From positions 806,001 through 870,000 of the forward strand of contig CM075991.1 in assembly GCA_038087875.1 (NCBI GenBank): a DNA stretch of 64,000 bases. Direction: 5' to 3'. How positions within the stretch are numbered: the first letter of the stretch is position 1; every line of letters begins with the position of its first letter. The notes below the pieces were generated by a model. That model was not told where the DNA came from, did not search any database, and saw nothing but the letters and a program-made list of their open reading frames with translations. The position numbers and the translations under genes were made by a program. This DNA is from Malacoraja senta (lineage: Eukaryota). Positions 1 through 14,694 of this stretch are shown piece after piece.

Positions 1-431
1 CTACCTTAAAAATATCCATTGACTTGGCCTACCCACAGATTCATCACCCTATCTGGTGGTCCAACTATCTGCCAACCTCTCCCCCCCCCCCCTCCCCACC
101 CATCCTTGGTGGGATTGTCCTGTCCCCTCCTCTCATCCAGCTTTCTCACCCCCCTGCCCCCACTACAATCACAGAAGAAGGGTCCTGACCCGAGATGTTA
201 CCTATCCATGTCCTCCAGAGCTGCTGCTTGACCAGCTGAGTTACTCCAGCACGCTGTTTCTTTTGTTGGATGACTCCATGGTTTTGAATGGGCACAGAGC
301 AGGCTGGTACACGCCGGGGTGAACAGTCTACATGTACCATTATGTTGTGTTCTTCCCCGGGTCTGTAGTTGACCAGGATTTAACATGATGTGCTGGTTGG
401 GGGATTGACCTGGCTTGTGCGGTCATTTCAG

Positions 432-540
432 GGACGGCGGCCTGAAAAGGGAAAAGGTAAAGGACACGTACAAAGAGGAGCAGCAGAAGCTGTACAGCAG
501 GATGATCGTGGGGAGCCACAAAGACCGCAGCCGATCGTGA
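432..540 (+). CDS. gpat4: Last coding exon of glycerol-3-phosphate acyltransferase 4 (AGPAT6); upstream exons lie outside the window
   Basis: Acceptor tttcAG at 430-431. Manual translation (W)DGGLKREKVKDTYKEEQQKLYSRMIVGSHKDRSRS* matches the recalled vertebrate GPAT4 C-terminus (WDGGLKREKVKDTFKEEQQKLYSKMIVGNHKDRSRS). Not in the ORF track because the exon is short. Confidence 0.92.
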
Positions 541-3520
541 AGCCACCGCTGGGTGACTCATTCCACTGCCAGGCCGGATGTCGTGTGGCACGTCCTTGGC
601 TGGGCTTCCGGCCCACACTAAACTAACGGGCAAGAGGCTCCCCAAGTACTTTGCTTTCCGTCTTATCGAGGAATTTAAATCTTATCATCATGCAGTGTAA
701 AGAAACCCACTGACTGTCTGTATCAGGAAGCGGACTTGGAAAATGTCTATTAACAATGTGTCTATGATTGGGGTTGGGGTAGAGTAATGAACATGACGTA
801 GATCGACCGAGTGTGGAAGGGATTATGAGGCTGCCGCAGGTTTTGCCAAGCCCATTTTCTGACCAGTTGGGACAGGTAGCCATAGCTTTGTATTTTAGCG
901 CACAGGGTCTCGGAGGCATTTCAGTTGAGGAGGGCAGGTGAAGGGATGTGAACAGGAAAGTGACACAAATACTATACCTTTGGACGGTTGGTAGAAGAGG
1001 TGTGTTGATGGAGACTCTATGCACATGTACTCATTGTAGTTTGACACCTGTTTTAACATATGTACTTGCATGCCATTGCTTATTTTTACCCTTTTAAAAA
1101 AAAATGACGCGGACCTGCCTTTTTCATTATAACCAGAAAGAGTAGTGTTGCCTCTCCCACACAGTTGGCTTGACTGCAAACAGGTGTGATGGGAACTTGT
1201 TTTTGTGTTCCTTCAGAAGACAATGGAAATTCTGCAGTATAATGAAGAAAGTCCCCTGTAAACACGCTTCAGTCCTGTCCCTGATACTTTCCCCTCGGCA
1301 GCTGATCCTGTCATTCTATTTCACAATGTGAGGACCCAAGTGTCTGGGTGGGTTTTTGAAATATCACCTCAAGCAAAAGATTTTCAATTCAAGGCCGGCA
1401 GCGATTTTTGTCCGTCTCCCACTCAAACTTTGGAAGCGGTCTTGGAATCTTTGACATGGACCAGTCTTCCGTGTTATTACTAGCAGGGCCAGTGCTTTCA
1501 CTACGTCATCAAGTGCTTCAAGTCAGTCTGTGAATTAAACTTGACAAATGTCAGCGTATGTCATGGTGGGATCTTGGGAGGATTTGGATAAGAAGGCTTG
1601 GGCATTTCTGTCTGACTTCCTGGAACTATGCTGTGTTGAGCTGTTAGATTTGACCATAGTTTCTCTCACAAAATACCATGTGGATAGCTTAATGCACAGT
1701 GGTGGATGCGTTCATTGGAGTTCTGTGCTGAGCACTCTTCCCACAAATCTTGTGGCTTGTGCTTCTGTGGTGGGTGTGGTGGAGAGATGACTTCTGCCCT
1801 CACTACATGGAGGACGTCTACCAGTTATGCTGCAGTCAGGATGGGCAAAACTGGACTCAACTGAACCATAAATCCTCTTGTGGCAGAAGCTAGAATAGGC
1901 AATCACCATTTAAAAAAAAGGGGTTGCCCATTTAAGAAAAATATGTGATTTGTTTTCCCCTCTTTCTCTCAAAGGTTCTTGAGGCTTTGGAACTTTCATC
2001 CTCAAAATGTGGTGGAACATGTCTTAGAATGTTTCTAAGGCCAAGGTAGGGAGCAAGAGGATCAAAGCTGACAGTTTCACGGCAGGAACAGGCTATAATC
2101 CGATCAGCCATGATCTTATGGAATGCTGGACCGGGCTTGATGGGCCGAATGGCCTACTCTGCTCCCAATTCATATGTTCTTAAGTCGGTTACATGTTCAA
2201 ATGCAGGTCTATCAGTGGCATTACTACCAGGGATCTGGTGGAGAATATTCAAACACACTGTGCTTGCTTCCCATGTGGCGATCTTCATGTCATGTTAAGT
2301 GTGGCCGTAACGATGGGTGAGGGGTGTGGAGACGAACGTTCTCACCCTGGCTTTAGTTGTGTCCCCGGACACCTGAGTGTTGAATGGACACAAGGATTCC
2401 AGGACAATGTACGCTGTTACTGTGCCACCTCCATTGTGATGGCACATGCTCAAGGGTCAAGGTGGAGGAGGTTAGGATGAGCGCTGAAAGATGAGCAGTT
2501 ATATTACTGATAGATCCTTGGGATAGTGGTTAACGAGGACAATGTGCTCAGATGGCCCCCGTTTTGTCTTGGACTGGTGCTAGCTGATCTCCAACTAGGT
2601 GGAGCCAAGATTGCTCATTGCTTTGCTTTTCTATTATCATTTTAACACCCATTTGAATCTGAATCTCTGCAACAATCCAGTTTATAGTTGAGTTGAGGCT
2701 TGTTGAACGGAGTTTCACTGACGGATAAAATGGAATTAGTGTTAATGAGCTTCATTTCCAATCCAAGATTGTAAACACCAGGCCACTGAAGATGGGCAAA
2801 AGAACGAGAAGAAGGGGAAAGGAGAAAATTATTGAGGAAAAGAAAAATCCAGAATTTGACAAAATACAAATGATGTGAGATGGGGAAATTCGTGTGATGT
2901 GGAATTTTAAGTTCAGACCAGTCGGGGAAGAGAGAACCCACAAGAATGTGTTTGTTTCTTACTGTAGCTATCCATCATGGAAGTAAATAGATGATATTTT
3001 AAAGTAGGTTTCAACCCCTATAATTATGTAATGTTAACTTAAAGCCATGAATCATGTTTGACACAAACATCATAGGCCAAAGGGCCCGTTCCTGTTTTAA
3101 GTAGGGTGACACATTAACAGTTGGCCTTTCAGTGCTTTGCTTAATTGTCAGTTTCTGATCACATCCAGGAGAGTGATCCCAGCAGGAATGTAGACATTTT
3201 GTGAATGAATTCATGCACAGTGCTGCACTCAATTCCAAGAGCCCATTTGAACCGAGTGAAAGAATTTCATGAAGGGAGCTAGTTCAGGGCACTACCACTC
3301 TCGTGCAATATCTCCTCATTTCCCACTACCTACTGCTAGAAAGATGGGAACATGAATGAGAATGAACTAGTGGAGCTGCAGCCCAGAGTCGTTCAGCTCA
3401 TGTCCTGAGGAGGCTGTGTGGGGACAAGGAAGGCCAGTACCTATTGGGGGAGAGAATGCTGAGTGATGTAACTGTAAATACAAGTTTATCATTGAACATT
3501 GTAATAAAGGGAATGGGTGA
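541..3520 (+). other. Probable gpat4 3' UTR (extent uncertain)
   Basis: Mostly non-repetitive sequence after the stop codon. AATAAA at about 3503, and a further AATAAATAAA at about 8857 could be a distal poly(A) site. Confidence 0.35.
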
Positions 3521-4204
3521 TTCTTAAATGTCTTTGCAGTTAAGTTGACGGGATGAGGAGGCAAGAGGAGTAATCATTTGCTGGTGTACAAACTTGAACA
3601 GATTGTAATGTAGGATGAAAAATATGTTGCAATTTGAACTGCATCTTTTTGTTTAAGATATATCTTGTGCATATGTGAATTCTTTACCTGTTTCTATCCA
3701 AACCAAAGGTTCAAACAGATAAAGGAAGATGATGGAGGAACACACAGTGGTGTGGCTTCTCATTATTTCATGTAAAGGTTCTCTGTTCCTATCAAGTTCG
3801 GAGTTCAGAAAACTGCACCACCGAGCTAGCTATCCTTCCAGCAGTTTAATACAATCAACAGATAATTGTTTGTGTATTCAAAAGACAAGAAAGCTGTATA
3901 TGTTCATACAGCTCTTGTACACCCCCATTGATACAGAGGCATCCATTAGACCTCATACACCCCGACATTGAGCAGTGTTTGACACCCTGTTATCTAGCAC
4001 CTCTTTCGCTTCTCCCTTGGGCGGTTTTAACCTTCGGGTTCAAACTTAAAGTTTCCTCTAAACAGCCCATTTGATTGAAAAGTTAAAAGACTGCAGCTCC
4101 TGAATATCCACCAGAAGACACACAATCCTCAGCAAATCAGGCAGCATCTGTGGAGAGAAATATTGTTAACATTTCAAGTCAATGGTCTTTCATCACAACA
4201 GTAA

Positions 4205-4480
4205 GCAGATTTAACAGAATAAAAGGATGTACGTTTAGAAAGGAGATGAGGATGAATTTCTTTAGTCAGAGGATGGCGAATCTGTGGAATTCATTGACAC
4301 AGACGGCTGTGCAGGCCAAGTCAATGGATATTTTTAAGGTGGAGATTGACAGATTAATACGGGTGTCAGGGGTTATGAGGAGAAGGCAGGGGAATGGGGT
4401 TGAGAGGGGAAGATAGATCAGCCATGATTGAATGGCGGAGTAGACTTAATGGCCTAAATATGCTCGTACAACTTAAGAAC
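4205..4480 (+). mobile_element. CR1-clade LINE 3' end fragment
   Basis: RIKGCTFRKEMRMNFFSQRMANLWNSL, the typical CR1 ORF2 C-terminus, followed by the 3' UTR shared with other copies in the window. Confidence 0.8.
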
Positions 4481-7400
4481 TTCACACCTTAAATGTTAAC
4501 TGTTTTCTCCCTTCACAGATGCTCCTGGACTGCTGAATATCACCCAAGTCTAACTAATATTAATTATGCCATCCACTTCTTCAATAGTTCAGTGGTACTT
4601 TATTGTCACTTGTACTGAGGTACATTGAAATTCATTGTTGTATACAGTCCAGTACAAGTATCACTATACATACTTGCTTCTGACCGTAGCAAACACCAAT
4701 GCCTGGTTCGTGACTTCAATTAATGAACTCATCAGCCCGCACTGTTCCTTAAGTGATCTGTGCTCTTCGCTCCTCTGGCCCGATGAAAATCTTAGTTTTG
4801 AAATAACATACCTTCCTTCTTTTTCTTGCCAAAATATATATTCCCAGCTCTAAGCTAATTGTCCACCAAACCATTAACAATCTCTCACTTAGGTTTCAGT
4901 GCAAAATTAGGAAATGTTTGATTTCAAGTCTAAGTATACTGTAAATTGTGAAGCCCAGCTCTCACTAGCATGTCAGAAATGAGGCAGGAATACACATAAT
5001 ATAGGGGCTGACTTTCACCTCAACTCCACTCTCCTGTACTGACCCCGTATCATTTATTCCTTTAATATCTAAAAACCACCTTGCCTCACTCTTCAGCTGC
5101 TGCCTGCCACCAGGATTAGTCAGCTAATGTACGGTGTATCACAGCTGTAAATCTGAAGCATGAACAGAAATTGTTGTAAATATTCAACGTCTGTGGAGAG
5201 AAACAGAGTGAATGTTTGTGCCAAATTATTCAACTTGTCATTTGCCTGTGACTCTGTTTTTATTTTCACGGTTGCTGCGGGAGTAGAGTAATATTTTTAG
5301 CATTTTCAGTTTTTGATTTGCCTCTTCAACTTAGAACATAGAACAGCACAACACAGCGCAGGGACAGGCCCTTCAGCCCACAATGTCCACGCCGACCATG
5401 AAATTAATCTCCTCTGTCTGCACATGATCCATATCTCTCCGAAGATAGACACAAAATGCTGTAGTAACTCAGCGGGACAGGCAGCAACTCTGGAGAAAAG
5501 GAATCGGTAATGTTTCAGGTCAAAACCCTTCATCAGACTCCTTTATCCCTCCATTCCCTACATATCAATGTGCCTATCTAATCGCCTCTTAAACGCCACT
5601 ACTGTATCTGCCACCACCCCCTGGCAGCATGTTCCAGGCACCCACCACCGCCTGTGTAAAAAATACTTGCCCCACACATCTCCTTTAAACCTTGCCGCTC
5701 TCACGTTAAAGGCATACCCTCTAGCCTTTGACATTTCCATGCTGGGTAAAAGGTTCTGACTGTCTACCCTATCTATGCCTTCTCACCTTAAAGCCACACC
5801 CTCTGCTTAGAACCAAAGCACGATGAAGATCTGTAGAACAAAAAAGGGAAATGGATTGCTGAATAAATGCAACTATTAAAACGCATGATGCTGACTGGTG
5901 CAACAAGTGGAGCTGCTGGCTCACACCTCCAGTGACCCAGGTTCCATCCTGACCTTGGATGCTATCTGTGTGGAGTCTGCATGTTCTCCCTGTGTAGTCT
6001 ATGGATTTCTCCCAGATGTCCAGTTTCTTCCCACATCCAAAGATCATAAAGATGTGAGGTTTGTAGGTTAATTGGCCGAGTGTGCAGATGTGTGGTAGAA
6101 CCCGGGGAGTGTTGATGCAAACATGGGAAGAATAAAATGGACTTTGTGTAAACGTGTGCGTTGATGGTCCGTACAGACTCAGTGGGCTGAAGGGCCTGTT
6201 TCCATACTGTATGAGAACTGTTGTAACATCTAATCAGGTCTGTCATATCTCTGTAGATAGGAAATTGAATGACCTTTATATGTAGCAGAACATTTAATAC
6301 AAATTTGACGTATGTATCCTTGTGGACATTCCATAGTACGTTGCTCTCGGGCATGGATTCTGAAGCAGAAGTGTTCCATGCTGTCTCCAAGGCATGGTTG
6401 GGTAGAAAATAAATGGTTTCTGTTGCTCAGTGCCGAACTTCCTGCATTATTGCAGTGGACTGGATGTCCTTTGCTGCCTTTGGTGGTCTGGGGGGGTGAG
6501 GATGACTTGCTTTCTCTTGTTTCACAAGCCATTGTGACTGATGTGGAGCCTGTAGCCCAGATGGGGCAGGCTGTGCTTGGCGGGTGGGCAGGAGAGTCAT
6601 TTGAGAGGCAGTGTGGTCCTGTCACTGTTTCCCCTCGGCTTCCTGCTCGATGGACCTGAGGCTCTCAATGTCCAGTGGGCTGCTCCTACCCCATTCCCCA
6701 CATTGTGTGTCAGGATTCACACAGGCCATTTTCAAGGCATTATGCAGGACATCTGTGAGACCACATCTGAAGTACCGTGTAAGGTATCAGTCCCATTTAA
6801 CAAAGGGTATTAGTGAATCAAAGCAGTTCAGAGGAGGTTTGTTGGACTCTTGAACAAAGGTGAGACAGGCTGTGGTCCGCTGGACTTTAGGAGAATTGTA
6901 GAGAGTTGATGGAAACAGACCCTGAGGGTCTGTCGAGGGTTAGATGTGGAGAGAGGATGTTTCCTCTTGGGGAGAGCTACTAACTAGAGCTCACTGTTTA
7001 AAAATAAGAGGTTGCCCATTTAAGGACATGAGATTACTTTCATTTGGAGTCTTTGGGATTCTTATTCAATGGGCAGCAGAAACAGGGTGTATAAATATTT
7101 TAAAGGCCGAGCTGGCCAGATTCCCCATGGGTAAATGGATGAAAGGTTCCCATGGCTAAAAGCCAATGTGGAACTAAGTGTGGAAATGAGTGGACTGTGG
7201 TGGTCATCAGGAATAGGAATAGAATTAGGCCATTTGGCCCATTAAGTCGTCCCCGCCATTCAATCATGGCTGATCTATCTCTCCCTCCTAACCCCATTCT
7301 CCTGCCTTCTCCTCATACCCTCTGACATCTGTACTAATCAAGAATCTATCGCTGCCTTAAATATATCCACTGACTTGGCCTCCTGTGACACAGATTCACC

Positions 7401-7809
7401 ACCCTCTGACTAAAGATGGCCTGCTCCCGTTTGGTTGCTTCTTCCTGTAAACTTGTAAGGCTGTCAGAGTCAGCATCAGTTGCTCCTCCCCGTACTCTGT
7501 GTCCTTCTTCACTGCTGATGTCTGCTTGTGTTGAGAGATGGCTTCCCAGATCTGAGAGGTGATGTGCATTTCCAGTGTGTGCAGTGGGTCCTGATGGTCA
7601 CAGGTTGCAGTTGTGCATTGGGCCGAGCATTGAGGATCTGTGATGCTGTGTGTAAGGCAGATCCTGTATCGGAGTGATGCTCGATGATGACTCACGCCTC
7701 CAGTGTGCACAGACACGAGGTGTTTGCCAACCCACCTCCATCGCTGCGGCTGGTCTCACCTTGGTGCTGGAAAGCAGCGTGACGCACTTTGATTAAATGC
7801 CTGGTATAA

Positions 7810-8120
7810 ACTTTTAGTTTAGTTTGGAGATACAGCGCGGAAACAGGCACTTTGCCCACCGAGTCCACGCCGACCAGCGATCCACGCACACGAACACTAT
7901 CCTACACACACTAGGGACAATTTACATTTTATCGAAGCCAGTTAGCCTACAAACCTGCACGTCTTTGGAGTGAGGGAGGAAACCGGAGTACTCGGATAAA
8001 ACCCGGCAGGTCACGGGGAGAAGGTACAAACTTCGTACTGACAACACCCTTGGTCAGGATTGAACCCGGGTCTCTGGCCCAGTGAGGCAGCAACTCTACT
8101 GATGCTACACTGTGCCACCC
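7810..8120 (-). mobile_element. tRNA-derived SINE (HE1/V-SINE-like)
   Basis: Reverse complement of the SINE at 27868, with B-box-like GGTTCAATCC and a (taaac)n-type tail. Confidence 0.7.
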
Positions 8121-11100
8121 CAATGTTGTCTTCAGAATCCTTCAAAGATCCACATGGTATTGCATTGTGATTGTCTCTGACTGTTTTAAGAAACCAACCC
8201 TATGTATCCTTGCAGTGAGTTCTGACCGTTTATGATGCATTGTCAATTGAAATTCTGGAATTGGCAGGAAATGGGAAATTTGAGAATAAGCATGTAACAG
8301 TGTTTTAATGGTTACGACGTATGTAATGAGAGGTGTTGTAGAGCTGACCAGTGCTGGGTGAATCTGCAGCCATATGTTAGCAATGTCCCCTGCCCTCACT
8401 CTCGGGGCTCGGACTGATGGGTGGGCGGTGTGGGTGAGCCGTCGCACACTGAAACACACTCTAACCCACAGACTGAATCCCAAAACTGCACTAGGCACCA
8501 CACTTGAAGTTGCACCATGCATAACTGAAAGGCAGAGGAAAGAGTGAAAACAAAATGTTTTAAAAATCTGGCAGAATTGCTGGTAAGGTTTACCAGGTCT
8601 GGCTACAAGTGGAAGTTGGCTTCAGTTCAGATCTTTTCAGACCTAGTCTGAAGAAGGGTCTCGACCCAAAACGACACCCATTCCTTCTCTCCAGAGATAC
8701 TGCCTGAGTTACTCCAGCTTTTTGTTTCTATGTCTCATGGACTGAGAGGTCAATCCAACATCTGTCCAGCTGCAGACAGCTCCTCACATGTGGCATCTGT
8801 CCAACATCTTCTGTTTAGATTTCCATATTTTTTAGAGTGAATATTTCATTTTCTGGAATAAATAAAAGGTCTTTAAACAGCTTCAAATTACATTTTCTGC
8901 TTGGAATATTTAAGTGACAAAATTCAAAAGCACATTGTAGGAAGTGCAGCAATTGCACTGGGGGTACAGCTGGGATGATAGTTCATCGACTAGCGTGGAC
9001 AGGGTAGGTGCTGACTGGCAGGGCAGGTGTGTGGCTGCTGTGTGAGGTGGTGTACGCCAGTTGACAGTGTCTCTGCCCTCCCAGTCCATAACCTGAAGGA
9101 TCTCAACACCATTCCAATGCTCCCCTCCTTCTTGGCCCAGAGATTCTCAGCAGTCAGGTTGGAGGTTGGATCCCTTCAGTGAAACTTAACCTAATCCTTG
9201 GCGCACCTCTTTGTTTGCTGGCAATATCCTCCCATGGCAAAGCTGGGAAGGTTGTGTCTCTTTCCAGAGTCTGGCGTCGGGCAGCTGAGACGTGGCCACC
9301 CAACACGACCAACTGGGTGTAACAAGTGCCTCAGTAGTAGGGATGTAGGCCTGGCACAGACCACTCCCAATGGTCTGTTTGTCCATCCAGTCAATGTGGC
9401 AGCATTGGTGGCATTTTAGCAATGCTGTGAGACGGCTGCTGCAGGCAGACAAGACCTGAGGTGTAAAGATTGGCAAGAGTCATGCTGCCCACCACATCAT
9501 CAGTTTTGTGCCAATCTGCAAGTACCCTTCTCCTCAATTGACCACCAGCTGTGATGGCATATTGAATTCAGCATCAATGTGTTCCGCTGTCGAGCTGGCT
9601 CCACAGGTATGGGACGTGGTTCATAGGCCCCCCTCGGTCATAACTGACCATGGGTGAATGGGTGGACGTAATACATGTCTTCAAATGTCTTATGAACCTT
9701 CATTGTTGGGGGATATAGTGGGAGCAGGTTGATAGACTTGCTTCATTGTGTGGGTGCTGAGTGCAAGTCCCTCAGTGAATGACTCAGCTGGGGCTTGGAG
9801 CTCGTACATAAATGCAAGTGTCCTCAGCACTCTCAATGGCTCAAAGGTGCTTTATTGTCACCTGCAAAACACAGTGAAATTCTTTTTTGAGTCACCAGAT
9901 TTTGAGCCATTTCCTAAGATCTAAAATCCGTTGCGTTTTGCTAGGTGCGGAGCGGTGCCCAATCCAGGTGAGCCCCAGGTCCAGACCCTTCTTCAGACTC
10001 ACAATTGATGTGATCTTCATAATCACCCTCTATTAGCCAAGTATGTTTTGCAACATATGAGGAATTTGATTTGCCGTACAGTCATACCAACAAAAAGCAT
10101 CAAAACACACAAAATACATTTTAACATGAACATCCACTACAGTGACTCCTCCACATTCCTCACTGTGATGGAAGGCGAAATAAAGTTAAACCTCTTCGCT
10201 TCTTTGTTCTCCCGCAATCAGGGGCCTCGAGCCTTCCGTTGACGGGACGATCTTGACTCCCGTAGCCAACAGTCAAGCCCTCCGTGTCGGGGCGATCAAG
10301 CTCCTGCATCGGGGGGGAATCTTAGCTCCCCCGCGCTGGCCAATCTACCCCAGGTGGGGGCTGGTCGAAACCTACTGCGACTGGCGCTTCCCGACATCGG
10401 CCTCTACCCGTGACTGCCAGCCCCTCGATGTTGGAATCGGCAGGCCACGGTTGGAGCGTCGATCCCAGGCAAGGGATCGGCTCCGATGGTGTAGATCCCC
10501 GCGGTCAGACCCGAGCAAAGGCCACTAGCTCCATGACATTAGGCCGCAGAGTGACCGGAAAACAATCGCCTCTCTGGCAAGGTAAGAGATTGAAAATAAA
10601 GCTTCCCCCAATCCCCTCCCCCACCTCCCACATAAAACAAACCAGAGAACATTAACACATACTTGTAAAACACACAAAAATAACAAAAAAGATGAAAAAA
10701 CAGACAGGCCGTTGTCGAGGCAGCCATCGCTGACGGCGCCACCCGGTGGTATTCACCACTTGGTTTTGGAGGAGAGGATGCTCCTCAAACTACAGAGCAT
10801 CTTGGACCATACAGCTCACCTCCTCCATGACACACTGATCCTCTAGGTTTGGGTGACTTGCTTCTGGAATATAGTTGAACAGTTCCCTATTAGTTCTGAA
10901 AAAGAGCTTCACTCTCGCAGGCAGCTTGTGATGAGGTGCAACACTGCAGCAAGAAAGACCAAGGTCCTGGCTGAGGCACAGCCTGGAGTAACACCAGTCT
11001 TCACCGAGGTAGTTCCATTGCTTCATTACCATGGCTTATATGCAGTTGTGAAGCAAGGGTCAAATGGGCACTAATTCCTGCCAATTGAAGCTAAAGACTT

Positions 11101-11639
11101 TAGAGTTTGAAGAAAACAGTTTAAAAAAAAGCTGCATATTTTCCCGTGTCATTGTTGATACGATAAAACATTATCCCAGGAGGGAAATTGATCTGCCAAC
11201 GGTCAAAAAACACAGCAAGATACACGAATCATGAAATTAAAGTGACGAGTGGTAAGTGCAGGATTGGAGATGTGCAAAGATTGGGGAGGGGGGGTGGGAA
11301 AGGGGGGTCAGTCTGCCCCACTACAGAAGGGGGAGGAATTGTACAGTTTGATAGCCACAGGGAAGAAGGATCTCCTGTGGCGTTCTGTACTGCATCATGG
11401 AACCAGTCTGTTGCTGAAGGTGCTCCTCAGGTTGACCAGTGTGTCATTGGAGGGGGTGAGCTGTATTGTCCAGGATCCCCCCCCTCCAAACCAAGTGATG
11501 AAGATCACACAACTTGTGCATCTGGATGGACAGAATCTGTGCTGTGATTTGGGGAGCAGGCATTTGGACAAAATTCTCGTAATGTAATAGCTAGCAGGGG
11601 AATTCCTTGGCAGTTACCACAATTAGTCAGGGTCACGGA

Positions 11640-13120
11640 AATAGGCCCTTTAATCCAACTCCAAGATTCCCTATCCAAGCCTACCCATTTGCTTGCTTTT
11701 GGCCCATATCCCTCTAAACCTTTCCTGTCCATGTACATTTCCAAATATGCTGCTATAGCACTTGCCTCAACGACCTCCTCTAGCAGCTCGTTCCATACAC
11801 CCACCACACTCTGATTGATAAAGTTGCCCCTCATGTTCCTATTAAATTTCGCCCTTCACCTTAAACCTTTGACCTTGTGATCTTGATAGCCCTAACCTCG
11901 GAAAAAGACTGTGCATTCACCCTATCTATTCAATAGACAATAGGTGCAGAAGTAGGCCATTCGGCCCTTCGAGCCAGCACCGCCATTCAATGTGATCATG
12001 GCTGATCATCCCCAATCAGTACCCCGTTCCTGCCTTCTCCCCATATCTCCTGACTCTGCTATTTTTAAGAGCCCTATCTAGCTCTCTCTTGAAAGCATCC
12101 AGAGAACCCGCCTCCACCGCCCTCTGAGGCAGAGAATTCCACAGACTCACCGCTCTCTGTGAGTAAAAGTGTTTCCTTGTCTCCGTTCTAAATGGCTTCC
12201 TCCTTATTCTTAAACTGTGGCCCCTGGTTCTGGACTCCCCGAACATCGGGAACATGTTTCCTGCCTCTAGCGTGTCCAAGCCCTTAACAATCTTATATGT
12301 TTCAACATATTCCTCTCATGATTTTCTACACTTCTATAAGATCACCACTCAGCCTCCTGCGCTCCAATGAATATGCTCCCAGCCTGCCCAATTATTTCCT
12401 ACAGCCCAGGGCCTTGAGTCCTGGCAACATCCTTGTAAATCTTCTCTGATGTTTTTTCCAGTTTAATGCCATTACCCAATACTCCAAGTGCAACCTTGCC
12501 AACATCCTGCACAAGTGTCACATAATGATCCAATTTCTATAATCAATTCCCTGACTGATGAAGGCCAGCTGCCAAAAGCCTACTTTACCATCCTATCTAC
12601 CTGTGATGCCACTTTCAGATAACAATTTCGATTTTTAGAGATGCACCTTCGGCCCACCGAGTCCATGCCGACCATCGTCACCCTGCGCACTAACTCTTTC
12701 CTACAAACCAAGGACAATTTTACAAGTCACCAAAGCCAATTAACCTATAAATGTGAATGTCTTTGGAATGTGGGTGGAAACCAGAGCAGCTGGAGAAAAC
12801 CCATGCGATCATAGGGAGAAGGTACAAACTCCGTACAGACAACACCCATTGTCAGGATCCATCTCTTGTACTATAAGGCAGCAACTCTACCACTGTGCCA
12901 CCTCACAGTGCTTGTACTCCTAGATCCCTCTGCTCTACCACACTCCCTAGGACCCTACCGATCGATCACTGTGAACGTCTTGCCTTGGTTTGACTTTCCA
13001 AATTGCGGCACCTCACACTTATCAAAATGACACCCCATTAGCCGTTCTTTGGCCCACTTGCCCAGCTGACCAAGATCCCACTGTAATTCTTCATAACCAT
13101 CTTCACTGTCTACACCTATT
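11640..13120 (-). mobile_element. Degenerate CR1 LINE containing a nested younger CR1 3' end (about 11932-12308) and a SINE (about 12640-12905)
   Basis: ORFs 11505..11834 and 12016..12279 encode CR1 ORF2 C-terminal motifs (FxxRVVxxWNxLP). tattc flanks the nested copy. Confidence 0.75.
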
Positions 13121-13322
13121 TTAACGGGGTGGGTAAGGTCTTTGATTTAGTTTAGAGATAAAGTGCAGAAACAGGCCCTTCAGCCCATCGAGTCCACACT
13201 GCCCAGCAATCCCGGCATATTAACATTATCCTACACACACTAGGTACAATTTAGAATTATACCATGCCTACAAACCTCTACGTCTTTGGAGTGTGGGAGA
13301 AAACTGAAGTGCGGATGGAGTC

Positions 13323-14175
13323 AATGGTGGGGAGTGTGGTCTGTGTGATGGACTGTACAATGGTGGGGAGTGTGGTCTGTGTGATGGACAGGGTTACATC
13401 TACAATGGTGGGGAGTGTGGTCTGTGTGATGGACTGGGCTACATCTACAATGGTGGGGAGTGTGGTCTGTGTGATGGACTGGGTTACATCTACAATGGTG
13501 GGGAGTGTGGTCTGTGTGATGGACTGTACAATGGTGGTGAGTGTGGTCTGTGTGATGGACTGGGTTACATCTACAATGGTGGTGAGTGTGGTCTGTGTGA
13601 TGGACTGTACAATGGTGGTGAGTGTGGTCTGTGTGATGGACTGGGTTACATCTACAATGGTGGGGAGTGTGGTCTGTGTGATGGACTGGGTTACATCTAC
13701 AATGGTGGGGAGTGTGGTCTGTGTGATGGACTGTACAATGGTGGTGAGTGTGGTCTGTGTGATGGACTGGGCTACATCTACAATGGTGGGGAGTGTGGTC
13801 TGTGTGATGGACTGGGTTACATCTACAATGGTGGGGAGTGTGGTCTGTGTGATGGACTGTACAATGGTGGGGAGTGTGGTCTGTGTGATGGACTGGGTTA
13901 CATCTACAATGGTGGTGAGTGTGGTCTGTGTGATGGACTGTACAATGGTGGTGAGTGTGGTCTGTGTGATGGACTGGGTTACATCTACAATGGTGGTGAG
14001 TGTGGTCTGTGTGATGGACTGGGCTACATCTACAATGGTGGGGAGTGTGGTCTGTGTGATGGACTGGGTTACATCTACAATGGTGGGGAGTGTGGTCTGT
14101 GTGATGGACTGTACAATGGTGGGGAGTGTGGTCTGTGTGATGGACTGTACAATGGTGGGGAGTGTGGTCTGTGTC
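13323..14175. repeat. Minisatellite of interspersed 36-nt and 45-nt units (acaatggtggggagtgtggtctgtgtgatggactg...)
   Basis: About 20 tandem units seen directly. Unit lengths are multiples of 3, which gives long ORFs on both strands. Confidence 0.95.
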
Positions 14176-14694
14176 TCTGCAATCCCTTGCAGTATTGGGC
14201 AGAGCTGTTCCAGACCAAGAGATACAGCGCAGAAACAGGCCCTTTGGCCCACCGAGTCCACACCAACCAGCGATTCCTGCACATTAATACTATCCTACAC
14301 ACACCAGGGACAATTTACATTTATACCAAGCCAATTAACCTACAAATCTGTACGTCTTTGGAACATCTGAGATGCAACCTGACTGTCTACTTTCTGTGGT
14401 GCATCTATAGATGTTTGTAAGAGTCATTGGAGACATGCTGAAGTTCCTGAGTCTCTTGAGGAAGTAGTGACTAAAGATATTGCAGAGACTATGGACAAGT
14501 ATTTAGTCCCTGTCCTTGTGGTAGAAGTCACTAAAGCACTTTGGTGGAAGAAATCACTAGGGGAGAGGTGTTGGCAGCATGGGGCATGACCTGATTTGTT
14601 TGCCCAACATCTGTCACTGGGTTTGTGCTGCAGTGTGGATGGAACAGGCCATTTAGAATGTGATAGGACAAGCAGAACGGACATGATTCAGTAC

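Noticed and set aside
390..626. ORF-track 78-aa ORF
   Set aside because: Wrong frame; the real coding sequence is the gpat4 exon 432-540 in another frame.
13264..14370. 368-aa and 334-aa ORFs resembling mucin or repeat proteins
   Set aside because: By-products of a stop-free minisatellite with unit lengths divisible by 3, flanked by SINE pieces.
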